Origin: a virus
Taxonomy: Duplodnaviria > Heunggongvirae > Uroviricota > Caudoviricetes
Virus record (IMG/VR): IMGVR_UViG_3300038443_000233
Coordinates: 1-64,000 of that record
Length of the DNA: 64,000 nt
Direction: 5' to 3' (one strand)
The notes below the pieces were generated by a model that was not told the origin of the DNA, did not search any database, and saw only the letters and a list, made by a program, of their open reading frames with translations. Shown here piece by piece: positions 19,721-28,764 of the stretch. The translations under genes were made by a program, and so were the position numbers. Each line of letters opens with the position of its first letter. Position 1 is the first letter of the stretch.

Positions 19721-20266
19721 ATGACTACCACAACCGAGTACAAGGGTTTCAAGATTCAGCACGGCATCCCGGCTTCGTCTACCCGCTACTTCGTTCTGGC
19801 CGATGGCTTCAAACAGGAAGGGTACGCAAGCTTGGGCACTGCGCACGGTGCGATTACAAAGCATTTGCAAGCGGAGGCTCTTAGCAAGGCGATTGACGCC
19901 GGTATCATGGGCGATAAGGAAGCTTTCCCGTGGGTGAAGCGGTCGAAAGCAGCTACCAGCGACGACAAGGATTACGCGACATACACCGAACTTCGGGCCG
20001 CTGTGAAAGCTGATGCCGACCGCATGACAGCCCTGTTGCGTTACTACGGGCTTGTTGATATGACTGGCTTCCCTTGTCAGACCGACAAACGGAGCCGTAA
20101 CCAACGCGAAGGCGGGTATGCTGGCACGGCTAGGCTCTACCAGATTCTTCCGGATGGCACTAGCAAGAGGCTTCGCAAGGGGCATCTTCGGGCGGGTAAC
20201 GGACGGTACATTCTAAGTCTCAGGGATCAGGCCCGTAATCTGGAACTGTCGGACCAAGGCGAATAA
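19721..20266 (+). CDS. hypothetical protein
   Basis: ORF 19679..20266. The start MTTTTEY follows an 'aggtaaat' RBS. Confidence 0.5.
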   Translation: MTTTTEYKGFKIQHGIPASSTRYFVLADGFKQEGYASLGTAHGAITKHLQAEALSKAIDAGIMGDKEAFPWVKRSKAATSDDKDYATYTELRAAVKADADRMTALLRYYGLVDMTGFPCQTDKRSRNQREGGYAGTARLYQILPDGTSKRLRKGHLRAGNGRYILSLRDQARNLELSDQGE

Positions 20267-20309
20267 ACGCCACATACATAACACACAACCAAAACTAGGG
20301 AGCAACACC

Positions 20310-20478
20310 ATGCAAGGCAATTTCAATTTCGAACGCAACACCCGTAAGCTCAACAACCAGCGCCCGCCACGTGGCGAGCAAACGGAGCGGCAACCGCAAC
20401 AGAAACGCGGTAAGCAGCAACAAAACTGGGAGCGAACGGATTCAAAACGTAACTGGGATTCATTTGGAGCTGTGTAAT
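20310..20478 (+). CDS. small basic protein (56 aa)
   Basis: The product is MQGNFNFERNTRKLNNQRPPRGEQTERQ..., with an 'agggag' RBS. The ORF is not in the supplied track. Confidence 0.3.
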
Positions 20479-21043
20479 GCTTCCAGACCAACAAGATAAT
20501 GGTATGTGGCTGCAAGGTCGGACAATTGACCGGAAATGGCACCGAACGCTAGCCGGTAACGTGTGGAACTGCATGCGCAACCGTTGCAAGTCAGGTGAAA
20601 AGCCTGCGTACCTTGGCTGTGAACTCTCTGAAGAATTCAAAGACTTTCAGAAGTTTGCTGAATGGTACGTTTCACAGGTGGGGTACGGTCTGGGCTATGA
20701 GTTGGACAAGGATTTTCTGGCGGGAGGCTCAAAGGTGTACTCCCCGGAAACTTGCGTACTGATTCCTCACAGTCTGAACGCGTTCATCAAACCTGTAAAC
20801 CCTACTAAAACTGATGGTCTACCAGTTGGCGTGTACCTACGACGTGGGAGCGGGACATACCGGGCTATCATTGGCATTGATAATAGAACGCAGTCGCTTG
20901 GTTCGTTCCAAACGGTTGAATCTGCTGAAACTGCGTATAAAGCAGCAAAACGCGCAGAGACGTTGCGTTGGATAGGTCGGCTTGAGAGTGGTGAATTCGT
21001 TGTGGATGATCGTATTATTACCGCTCTTCGCAAGATGGTATAA
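20477..21043 (+). CDS. HNH homing endonuclease with AP2 domain
   Basis: An HNH_3-like N-terminus is followed by an AP2-like segment (LPVGVYLRRGSGTYRAIIG). Confidence 0.65.
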   Translation: MLPDQQDNGMWLQGRTIDRKWHRTLAGNVWNCMRNRCKSGEKPAYLGCELSEEFKDFQKFAEWYVSQVGYGLGYELDKDFLAGGSKVYSPETCVLIPHSLNAFIKPVNPTKTDGLPVGVYLRRGSGTYRAIIGIDNRTQSLGSFQTVESAETAYKAAKRAETLRWIGRLESGEFVVDDRIITALRKMV

Positions 21044-21060
21044 GTAGTGCTACCAACATA

Positions 21061-21095
21061 CGGCCCCCGCTATTGCGGGGCTTTTCTTTTTGTGC
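21061..21095 (+). terminator. intrinsic terminator
   Basis: The stem GGCCCCCGC...GCGGGGC is followed by ttttcttttt. Confidence 0.7.
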
Positions 21096-21131
21096 TACAT
21101 TGCAAGCTCATTAACCTGAAGGAGAATTAAA

Positions 21132-21728
21132 ATGGGCCTTACCGCTGCTGAACGTGAATTTCTGGACAAGCTCTACGACACACTGACGGAGAACGAGCGT
21201 AACATCATGATGTTGGCACTGGATGACATGGTGTACCGTGCTAAAGTGTACGGTGTACCTCTGCGCGACGGTGAAGTGCTGGAAAAGCTGAAAGCAGCGT
21301 TCGTGCGTTACCTGTTGGATTGCAAGGGCGTTGATACCAGCGTAGCAGATAACGGTTTCCCGGCCCTCGACATCGATGCAAAGCTGTGGAAAGGCCAGCC
21401 GATGCACATCCGGGCAAAGAACGAGCGTAAGGTCGTGTATGCCCTTCTTACGCAAGCCGTAGAGGCCGGGTTCCAGCTCGTGGACGTGTACGATGGCGAC
21501 GAACACGAGAAGGTGAGCAACGTCAAGGAAGCGATGGAAGTGGTGTTCAACCTCGACATCTCGTACGTCTGGATGTGCAAGGAAGGCTTCAAGAAACATT
21601 ACCTGATGTTCGTGCTAGGGAACGCGGAAGACGGCTCAGAAGCGCTCGCCGACTGGAGCTACACCGATGGCGATCCTGACGGCTGGAATGCGCTCGTAGA
21701 CGGTTTTGACGCGTCCAAGGTAGTGTAA
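21132..21728 (+). CDS. hypothetical protein
   Basis: 198-aa ORF preceded by a 'gaaggag' RBS. Confidence 0.5.
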   Translation: MGLTAAEREFLDKLYDTLTENERNIMMLALDDMVYRAKVYGVPLRDGEVLEKLKAAFVRYLLDCKGVDTSVADNGFPALDIDAKLWKGQPMHIRAKNERKVVYALLTQAVEAGFQLVDVYDGDEHEKVSNVKEAMEVVFNLDISYVWMCKEGFKKHYLMFVLGNAEDGSEALADWSYTDGDPDGWNALVDGFDASKVV

Positions 21729-21751
21729 CGACCCTTCGGAGATTTTCAAAA

Positions 21752-21781
21752 ATGAACGCCACGGCTCGTCCGTGGCGTTTT
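21752..21781 (+). terminator. intrinsic terminator
   Basis: The stem AACGCCACGG...CCGTGGCGTT is followed by ttt. Confidence 0.65.
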
Positions 21782-21793
21782 CGTATGTAGAGT

Positions 21794-21868
21794 TTTCTCG
21801 GATTTGCTTTTGAAAATCAAAAGTCAGATTTTCAAACAGGACTGGGGAATTTTCGAGTCTCTTCTTAA
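21794..21868. repeat. direct repeat copy 2 (~75 bp)
   Basis: It matches the copy at 17830-17904 and contains the hairpin cttttgAaaatcaaaag. Confidence 0.8.
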
Positions 21869-21947
21869 AGAGAAATCGCCCGATCCTGCCCCGAAAATAG
21901 GCGAATTGGTGCACCGCAGCAGAGAAAGTTGCTCAAAATCAACGAAC

Positions 21948-22056
21948 TGTGGATAACCTGTGGACAAGCTGTGCACAACCCGTCCCGGCCTGTGGGCAAC
22001 CTTAGAAAAGCACGGCCGTTCTGTGGATATGTTTCCCCTGATGCATGTTATCCACA
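21948..22056. promoter_or_regulatory. cluster of six DnaA-box-like 9-mers (oriC-like)
   Basis: TGTGGATAA at 21948, TGTGGACAA at 21959, TGTGCACAA at 21970, TGTGGGCAA at 21991 and TGTGGATAT at 22022 share one orientation. TTATCCACA at 22048 is inverted. Confidence 0.6.
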
Positions 22057-22439
22057 GCCAATAGCCTATCGCCTATCATACTATGCCGATTGATAGGTAA
22101 ATGCTATTCACTATCGATTTTGGTTTTCGATAGCAAACACCGAACGCCCGGACGCGTGCGACAGGTACAGCCATGTATTTATTTTAGGCAACAGTTACCC
22201 ATTGGAAAGAGTTACTTGTAAGTAACATTCCCTTCCATCCAAGCAACGGGACACAATGCCCGATTACCCACTCTATCAGGCTGGAGCCGTACACAACAGG
22301 TTACGGTCGATACCTCACTCATCAGGTTAGACCATAGGCTAGATCGTAGGATGGAACGTAACACTAGCTGGCACGCTACTTGCCCATGCAAACTCTGTGC
22401 CATGTTGCTTGTGTGGTAAGGAATGTTGCTTACATAGCA

Positions 22440-22520
22440 CTCTTATACAAGAGTAGTCTTATATAAGACATCAGACTTAAAACTGATAAGCTATAAGAGT
22501 TAAGTCTTTGATTTGAAAAG
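22440..22520. repeat. AT-rich palindromic segment (CTTATA/TATAAG repeats; perfect palindrome GTCTTATATAAGAC)
   Basis: It lies between the DnaA-box groups and is a candidate DNA-unwinding element. Confidence 0.4.
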
Positions 22521-22537
22521 AAAAGTACCTTTCTGCC

Positions 22538-22546
22538 TGTGGATAA
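22538..22546 (+). promoter_or_regulatory. perfect DnaA box TGTGGATAA
   Basis: Exact match to the consensus. Confidence 0.5.
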
Positions 22547-22642
22547 CTATGCCATTGTGACGTGCTTTGCTTGCAAATTTCACAGAAATAAACAGGACGA
22601 TTTACACAAACCGCGTCTAAAGACCATGTTTTTAAGCAAAAG

Positions 22643-22651
22643 TTATCCACA
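22643..22651 (+). promoter_or_regulatory. perfect DnaA box TTATCCACA
   Basis: Exact match to the consensus. Confidence 0.5.
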
Positions 22652-23217
22652 TCCCTATGCCGTTTAAACGCGTTTTGAGGGGGCGCCAATGAGTTATTCA
22701 CACTGGGGTATAGCGGCATATCAACCATACCGAGAAAACGTCTCTATCGCGTTTTTCGGTTTTCTGGCACAGTTGTTGCTTATGGAGTTCTGGCACGAAT
22801 GTTGCTACGTGCGCGTGCGTCACGCGTGCGTGATTTCTCTTTTAGGTCGCGTACGTATCGCTGCCTACCTACCGTGGCGCTGTTACAAATTATTTTAAAT
22901 AGGGTATTGCGGATACCCTAAATCCTAGGCATAATCCTAACCACTGACACACACAACGATGTGTCAGGGAAGGGGCGAATGCCCTAAAGCCTAGCGGCGC
23001 GTAGCGGTGGATTCCAAAGCGCAAAGCGGTGGCAATAGGTAGATAGCCAATAAGTCTGTTCTTTAACAATTCATAACATGATGCCCGTATCGCTGGGATA
23101 GCGTAACAAGAGGGGCATACAAACTAGGCCACATGGGAATGTCGCTTAGGACAGTAGATAAAACTAGGAACCGTTAGAAATAGCGGTTCCGAATTTATCT
23201 CACTGACGGAGTATGAA

Positions 23218-23418
23218 ATGGGAATCGAAGCATTAAATAAATCGCAAGTGAAAGAGATTCAAAAACTCGCAATTTACTACAAGTTAGAAATGCAAGACAG
23301 TGTGGCGCTTGGGTTGTCCGCGTTGATTCGTGCATCCCGCACGAACGCACAGAAAACGGCATTGCTTGAATATGCCGAACTGTTCGGCGTGAAAGATCAT
23401 AAAGAATTCATCATTTAA
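23218..23418 (+). CDS. early small protein (66 aa)
   Basis: First gene of a tightly packed plus-strand operon. It has a GGAG RBS, and the hairpin GGAACCG..CGGTTCC lies upstream. Confidence 0.5.
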   Translation: MGIEALNKSQVKEIQKLAIYYKLEMQDSVALGLSALIRASRTNAQKTALLEYAELFGVKDHKEFII

Positions 23419-23428
23419 AGGATGCGGA

Positions 23429-23626
23429 ATGAAAACCTGTAAAACACATTCGCAATTCAACGAAGCAATAGTAAATAAAGAAATCGCACAATTTACCGTG
23501 CCGGAGAAATACAAACATACCGTTCTGATTCGCGCAATGCTGTACCACTGCAAAGCGTTGTTTACCGTTACAACTGTAGACGGACAACGTACATTTGCGA
23601 TTACCGGATACGATAAAAGGAAATGA
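23429..23626 (+). CDS. early small protein (65 aa)
   Basis: ORF preceded by an AAGGA RBS. Confidence 0.5.
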   Translation: MKTCKTHSQFNEAIVNKEIAQFTVPEKYKHTVLIRAMLYHCKALFTVTTVDGQRTFAITGYDKRK

Positions 23627-23627
23627 A

Positions 23628-23834
23628 ATGCGCCTGATTCAAATTATTCAATTACCGGATGCAGCGAAAACCGGACGTTCTGTAAAGATCAAAAAGGATA
23701 CGGACACGGCCGAATATGTTTGCCAATTGCACGAGCATGGCAAGCATTACGAACCAGCCGATTATTTCACATCGGATTATTTGGATGCGCTCGAAACAGC
23801 GCGTCAAATGTGCAAACCAGTTAATGCAGAGTGA
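23628..23834 (+). CDS. early small protein (~68 aa)
   Basis: An internal ATG with an AAAGGAAAT RBS avoids overlap with the upstream gene. Confidence 0.45.
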   Translation: MRLIQIIQLPDAAKTGRSVKIKKDTDTAEYVCQLHEHGKHYEPADYFTSDYLDALETARQMCKPVNAE

Positions 23835-23841
23835 GAACGTC

Positions 23842-24057
23842 ATGAAAGCACAAAAAGATTTGCGTTCGGCAATCCTGAATTGCTTGACGCCACAACAGCA
23901 AAAAGAATTGGCCGATGTAATTACGGAATTCGCAACGGCAACAAAAGAATACGGAATCTTTCTAACGGCAAATGATCCTCGTTTGTCGGAAAGTCTCCAG
24001 CGTGCTAACCGTGCATGGCATGAGTTGCGCTTTATCGGGCTGGAAACAAAATTCTAA
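23842..24057 (+). CDS. early small protein (~71 aa)
   Basis: The start is MKAQKDL. Confidence 0.45.
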   Translation: MKAQKDLRSAILNCLTPQQQKELADVITEFATATKEYGIFLTANDPRLSESLQRANRAWHELRFIGLETKF

Positions 24058-24075
24058 TAACGGAGACAAAACAAA

Positions 24076-24291
24076 ATGAAGAAATTAAAAAAGGCTATTA
24101 TCGATTTCATTATCGATAGCGTGAATTGCCTTGCACCGTACACTGTCCGTAATGCACATTTCAAAGTGGTGCATTCGGCATGGTCCTACGATGCCGCAAT
24201 CGAATGGCTTAAATGCTATGACGCTCGCAAATTCGGTGCAACACACATCTATGATTTCAATGGCGAATTGATCGCATACAAAGGGGCATAA
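24076..24291 (+). CDS. early small protein (71 aa)
   Basis: ORF with a 'cggaga' RBS. Confidence 0.5.
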   Translation: MKKLKKAIIDFIIDSVNCLAPYTVRNAHFKVVHSAWSYDAAIEWLKCYDARKFGATHIYDFNGELIAYKGA

Positions 24292-24292
24292 T

Positions 24293-24541
24293 ATGCAATT
24301 AGCAAAGCGTGAACTACTTTCATCGGAAAAGTTTCTTACTAGATGGAAGGATGCCGATAACCTTGTATCCTATTCCATCGGATACAGCTACCATTCCGAA
24401 AGACATGGCGTCCATTGCCAATTAAAGGATACGGATAATAAAAGTTTCTTTTTACGCTTTACGCCAGAGCAGGCAGAGCAATTCGCTAATCAGTTGCTTG
24501 AATGGGCAGGTAAAGCACGTGAATATCAAAAGACTGTATAA
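24293..24541 (+). CDS. early small protein (82 aa)
   Basis: Its start abuts the stop of the upstream gene. Confidence 0.5.
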   Translation: MQLAKRELLSSEKFLTRWKDADNLVSYSIGYSYHSERHGVHCQLKDTDNKSFFLRFTPEQAEQFANQLLEWAGKAREYQKTV

Positions 24542-24552
24542 GGAATAAGATC

Positions 24553-24843
24553 ATGGCAAAGCGTAAAACTAATGTGCAATTCGTAAAGCACGTAATGGAA
24601 TTCTCGAACCACGGCGCACTGATGCAAGTATTCATCTTGCAAGGTTTGGAACAGTACGCAAAGTCTGTTGCAGCCAAAACGCCCGAACAGCTTGATTCTC
24701 CGATGGTAAACGGCCGGGCATGGCATGGATGCGCAACGGAACTGATTCAAGCAATCAATGAGCATTTCGAACGTCCGAAGCCAAAAACGCTTGCCGAACT
24801 GGAAAGGAAAACCCGCAAGACTTTCGCAACCCGTAAGAGCTAA
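24553..24843 (+). CDS. early small protein (96 aa)
   Basis: ORF with an 'aggaa' RBS. Confidence 0.5.
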   Translation: MAKRKTNVQFVKHVMEFSNHGALMQVFILQGLEQYAKSVAAKTPEQLDSPMVNGRAWHGCATELIQAINEHFERPKPKTLAELERKTRKTFATRKS

Positions 24844-24901
24844 TCAGCTATAGCGCATCCTCGTGCGCTATGTCGGATTCTTTTATAGGAGGCATACCGG
24901 A

Positions 24902-25201
24902 ATGAAATTGCTAAATGGCGACGGTTCGCCTATGGGCCTAAATTTCAGACGTCACAAACAGAACAAAGGTTTTGTTATTCGTGTTGCTGGAAATGGGCAA
25001 CAAACAGATTTTGGAGTCACGCCCGATAACATAACTGATGTGTACGAAAAGGCGATAGACAAGCGCCTAGAGCTTTTGGGCATACCAGACGATGCGGACG
25101 CATGGCAAACGCTTGCGAGCGCCTACGGTGCGTTTTTGACGCGTTACGGCGTGGAAGTTAAACCAGTGACTCATTATGAATTCAAGATAAAGGGGAAATG
25201 A
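24902..25201 (+). CDS. early small protein (~99 aa)
   Basis: The start MKLLNG follows a 'taggagg' RBS. Confidence 0.5.
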   Translation: MKLLNGDGSPMGLNFRRHKQNKGFVIRVAGNGQQTDFGVTPDNITDVYEKAIDKRLELLGIPDDADAWQTLASAYGAFLTRYGVEVKPVTHYEFKIKGK

Positions 25202-25204
25202 ATT

Positions 25205-25453
25205 ATGGCTTTCAAGTTTGGTGTAGACGGAGCTAAAAACCGCGTTGAAACTATTTTCTCTACTGGCGTAAATGTTGGCGGAAAAGAAATCACGCATGGC
25301 GTTGTTTTGAAAGAAGACGGACAAGCGACCAAGATTACAAATCGTCTAGGCGAATCGGTTTTCATCGGTGACGATTCATTAGATGCTCTGGTTCTCGCGT
25401 TGCAAGAGGTACAAAGGCAAATCCAAATCGGCATGCTGAAAAGGAACAGTTAA
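25205..25453 (+). CDS. early small protein (82 aa)
   Basis: ORF translationally coupled to its neighbours. Confidence 0.5.
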   Translation: MAFKFGVDGAKNRVETIFSTGVNVGGKEITHGVVLKEDGQATKITNRLGESVFIGDDSLDALVLALQEVQRQIQIGMLKRNS

Positions 25454-25455
25454 TC

Positions 25456-25815
25456 ATGGCATACGACACTTTTAAAAATGTGTTTGTTGCGGATAACGGT
25501 GATTTGATTCGCAAAAGAGATTGCGCAGTAGTTCGCAAACAATACAGTTTCACGTTCTCTAAGTCTCGCGATTCCCAGCAATTGCGAGCAACCATTCGTC
25601 GCGGCGGATTTGTATGGCCGGGAGGATATCCGCTTTACCTGATTAACAAAGACGGAGATTGCATTTGCTTTAAATGCGCAAAAGAGAATTACAAAAGCTT
25701 GTCCCGTGATTTGCTGCATAACGGGTCTTTGCATACCGACGTGAATTTCGAAAACAACGATTTGATTTGCGACTACTGCAATAACCAAATCGAACCAGCA
25801 TACACCAACGATTAA
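25456..25815 (+). CDS. early zinc-ribbon protein (119 aa; CICFKC...CDYC)
   Basis: It carries a Cys4 motif. Confidence 0.5.
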   Translation: MAYDTFKNVFVADNGDLIRKRDCAVVRKQYSFTFSKSRDSQQLRATIRRGGFVWPGGYPLYLINKDGDCICFKCAKENYKSLSRDLLHNGSLHTDVNFENNDLICDYCNNQIEPAYTND

Positions 25816-25827
25816 AGGCATAAAATC

Positions 25828-26640
25828 ATGAGCAAAAACATTAGCACCGTCTTGCACGTCTTCGATTTCAACATCAGCAATTCGGAGGAAAAAGCGGCGT
25901 ATTTGGCACTTGTCGAAAGTCTTAAAGCAAAAGGATTGAAATGTTTTGAATCACATGGAGCTGGAAGCCATTACATCCCGCAATTGGCTGGGCCTGTTAC
26001 ACTCGAAACTGACTTTCTGTTTGATAACCAATGGAACACCGAAGGCAGGGACGGTAAAAACGGACATCGGGTTTTCGATTGGGCAATGGACTACAAGCCG
26101 AACAATAACCCGAATTTGAAGCGTGGGCATTGGTTAGAACAAACCGAAGAAATGCGAACGGCGCGCGCTAACCGTTGCAAATGCGGTTTTTGCGGTAATC
26201 AGATGGATATGCCCGACGTACCAAAGTTTTGCCCGAAATGCCTTGATAGCGAATATCTTAAATCGACGGAATTGCATTTGACGCGAATGCAACCAATCGC
26301 GAATGAGGTTCGCGAACCGTTGACGCCTGACGAACTGGCCGAACGTCTTCCACTGTACAAGGATGCGCAATTGCATGGCACCACTGCACGCGGAAGAGCA
26401 CGCATCGCAAAACGTCGCGCTGATTTGCTTAAAGAACGGGATTCAGCAATTCGTAATGCTAATACAGAATACGACGGTATGATTTGGTTAATGGACCACG
26501 GCATAACTGAGCAACCAATCTATTACAATCATACCGGGCGTTTTTGCTTTGGCTGGCGTAGTGGTGGAGTGGATGCCGCAGTAAAGCCGGATTTGATTGC
26601 AGCGCTTGACGGCTTCCCGTTTCCGTTTGACATCAAGTAA
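25828..26640 (+). CDS. early protein (270 aa) with zinc-ribbon CKCGFC...CPKC
   Basis: Largest ORF of the early operon. Confidence 0.55.
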   Translation: MSKNISTVLHVFDFNISNSEEKAAYLALVESLKAKGLKCFESHGAGSHYIPQLAGPVTLETDFLFDNQWNTEGRDGKNGHRVFDWAMDYKPNNNPNLKRGHWLEQTEEMRTARANRCKCGFCGNQMDMPDVPKFCPKCLDSEYLKSTELHLTRMQPIANEVREPLTPDELAERLPLYKDAQLHGTTARGRARIAKRRADLLKERDSAIRNANTEYDGMIWLMDHGITEQPIYYNHTGRFCFGWRSGGVDAAVKPDLIAALDGFPFPFDIK

Positions 26641-26649
26641 GGGGCAATA

Positions 26650-26844
26650 ATGGCAAAGCCTGAATTGACGCATTACGGTCTAACGCGTGAAGAGTTTGCA
26701 AATAGGGTTGGCAAACACAAATCTTGCTTTGATGCTAGACCATATTTACGTGCAATCTGCGGAAATGGGAGTTATCACGCGAAATGCACTCAAATTAAGA
26801 GCAAGGTAGATTGCCCTGAGTGCTTAAAGCAAATCACGAGCTAA
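26650..26844 (+). CDS. early small zinc-ribbon protein (64 aa; C..C...CPEC)
   Basis: ORF preceded by a 'taagggg' RBS. Confidence 0.45.
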   Translation: MAKPELTHYGLTREEFANRVGKHKSCFDARPYLRAICGNGSYHAKCTQIKSKVDCPECLKQITS

Positions 26845-26910
26845 TCAGCTAATACGCAATTCAGAATACCGGATTGCGTATTGTCGGATTAACTAACACG
26901 AGGTTATAGA

Positions 26911-27147
26911 ATGGCGAATGATTACAGGGTAGACCGTACGGACGATAAAAACCGTGTACCGTGCGGCATGAATTCGATTGTCTTTATCGGAGAACGCAAA
27001 GGACAGGCAAGAAACGCGTTCATTGCGACAGAACCGGGCAAAGATGCATGGGGCAAACCTAACGAAAATTACGGTGTGGTTCTGTCGTGCTGGGATGCAT
27101 CAAAACGTGATTATGTGATTATCGATACTAAAGGATTCGACAAATGA
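26911..27147 (+). CDS. early small protein (78 aa)
   Basis: ORF with a 'cgagg' RBS. Confidence 0.5.
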   Translation: MANDYRVDRTDDKNRVPCGMNSIVFIGERKGQARNAFIATEPGKDAWGKPNENYGVVLSCWDASKRDYVIIDTKGFDK

Positions 27148-27662
27148 AATACGAAACTCTTCCCGCCGTTGCGCTGTTGCTTGACTCGTCACGCGGCGTT
27201 TACATTCCAAAAGCTTTTGCAGAATCGTTCAATATGAATGACTGGCACGTATCGGACAATCAACGGGATTGCCTGTTAGCTGGTCCGGACGATGAGCAAG
27301 ATTTGTATTGGGATTACTGGTCTAGCATTCTGGATAATGCCTACTACGAAAAAGACGGCAAACGCTGGACGTTGTATCAAGACGGTGATTTGTGGGCGCT
27401 TTGCGATGCCGACATGACGAACGATGAAAAACGCAATTTCGGCTTTGACGTCGATCCGTTTGAATACGTTATCGATTTGGACGAACGCGGGGAATTCAAA
27501 GCGACGGTTTATGACGATAAAGGTAATCAGGTATTTGAAATAAACGGCTTCGATTTGTTTGACGATGGGTACATGAAGCATAAAGACGACATCGACGGAT
27601 TGAAAGCTTATCTTGTCGGACTGTGCATCATGCAAGACGGTGACAAACTGATTACGGGATAA
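27144..27662 (+). CDS. early acidic protein (172 aa)
   Basis: Its ATGA start overlaps the upstream stop. Confidence 0.5.
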   Translation: MKYETLPAVALLLDSSRGVYIPKAFAESFNMNDWHVSDNQRDCLLAGPDDEQDLYWDYWSSILDNAYYEKDGKRWTLYQDGDLWALCDADMTNDEKRNFGFDVDPFEYVIDLDERGEFKATVYDDKGNQVFEINGFDLFDDGYMKHKDDIDGLKAYLVGLCIMQDGDKLITG

Positions 27663-27666
27663 CGCT

Positions 27667-27921
27667 ATGGCAAATCCGCTTAAAAGGAAATTCGGGCATC
27701 GTAATCAATACGATGTTGAGCTGATTTTGAATGTCAACGGGGAAGGGGGCAATGGCGTATATATCGAATACAAAGCGGCACGGACACACAAAAGCTATAC
27801 AGCGTCACTTGCATGTGCACAAGATACAGGGGAATTAGAAAGCGCTGACGGTATGACTCATTTCATCGAATCAGCCATTCTGGACGACATAGAAGCATGG
27901 GCAATTGAAAACGGTTACTAA
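27667..27921 (+). CDS. early small protein (84 aa)
   Basis: ORF. Confidence 0.45.
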   Translation: MANPLKRKFGHRNQYDVELILNVNGEGGNGVYIEYKAARTHKSYTASLACAQDTGELESADGMTHFIESAILDDIEAWAIENGY

Positions 27922-27980
27922 GCTATTCAGCTATAGCGCTACGGGTTAGCGCTATGTCGGACCAGCTTTAAGGGGCAACC

Positions 27981-28208
27981 ATGAAACAGACTCGCATGCG
28001 AAGCGGGAACGCTCGCAAGATTAACGCATTAGCGGACATTGAAATCATCCGGCCTAATGGCAATACGATTAGCAAAGCTATTCCATGCCGCATCGTTGGC
28101 GACAAGCTTTATACGATGACACGGACGTTTTGCATTAACTCGAAAAAGAAGATTGCCGGTATCAAAGGCGATACCGAGTGCAAGCTAATTGCATACTCAA
28201 CCGTATAA
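27981..28208 (+). CDS. early small protein (75 aa)
   Basis: ORF with an 'aagggg' RBS. Confidence 0.45.
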   Translation: MKQTRMRSGNARKINALADIEIIRPNGNTISKAIPCRIVGDKLYTMTRTFCINSKKKIAGIKGDTECKLIAYSTV

Positions 28209-28220
28209 GGGATTACAGGT

Positions 28221-28454
28221 ATGAATAAAGGTAGCTGGAATTCTTACCTTGCCAGTTTCACTATAGGCGAAAGACGGTATGTCGAAACTACGCTAAACAC
28301 ATATCCCGCAACAATGCGCACAGTGAATACGCCCAAATCACGCCGTCCCGAAGAAATAAGGGAATGGGAATTTACAACAGAACTATTTACGGCCGTTAGC
28401 GCGAGCAAAGCCGGAGAAATACGCTATTTAATATCAATTGAAAGGATTTCATAA
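28221..28454 (+). CDS. early small protein (77 aa)
   Basis: ORF. Confidence 0.45.
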   Translation: MNKGSWNSYLASFTIGERRYVETTLNTYPATMRTVNTPKSRRPEEIREWEFTTELFTAVSASKAGEIRYLISIERIS

Positions 28455-28455
28455 C

Positions 28456-28764
28456 ATGCGCAATATCAAAACTAAATACTACGTCGGCAAACGCTATAGT
28501 GATCCGATCCAAACCAATTCGGGCAAAGATGCAAACATGGCTGTTGCTCAAGCTGTTCTGCATATGCAGATTGCCCACTATCGCGACGAATCGCGCAACC
28601 CTGCTACCTCGTGCGAAGTGTACGATAACGCATCAGGACAGTTGCACGCGATCATTACGCGTTCGCCATTGGGACAGATTCAAATCGTTTATAAACGCGA
28701 TCCAGAGAAATACGAAACTCGTCTTGCCATCGGTGCATTGTTCGATAAACCGAAGGGGAACTAA
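28456..28764 (+). CDS. early small protein (~102 aa)
   Basis: The start MRNIKTK follows an 'aaagga' RBS. Confidence 0.45.
   Translation: MRNIKTKYYVGKRYSDPIQTNSGKDANMAVAQAVLHMQIAHYRDESRNPATSCEVYDNASGQLHAIITRSPLGQIQIVYKRDPEKYETRLAIGALFDKPKGN

Noticed and set aside
22689-22898. 69-aa ORF and other small ORFs in the 21.9-23.2 kb region
   Set aside because: They lie inside the DnaA-box and AT-rich non-coding region and lack an RBS. The sequence is better explained as an origin-like regulatory region.
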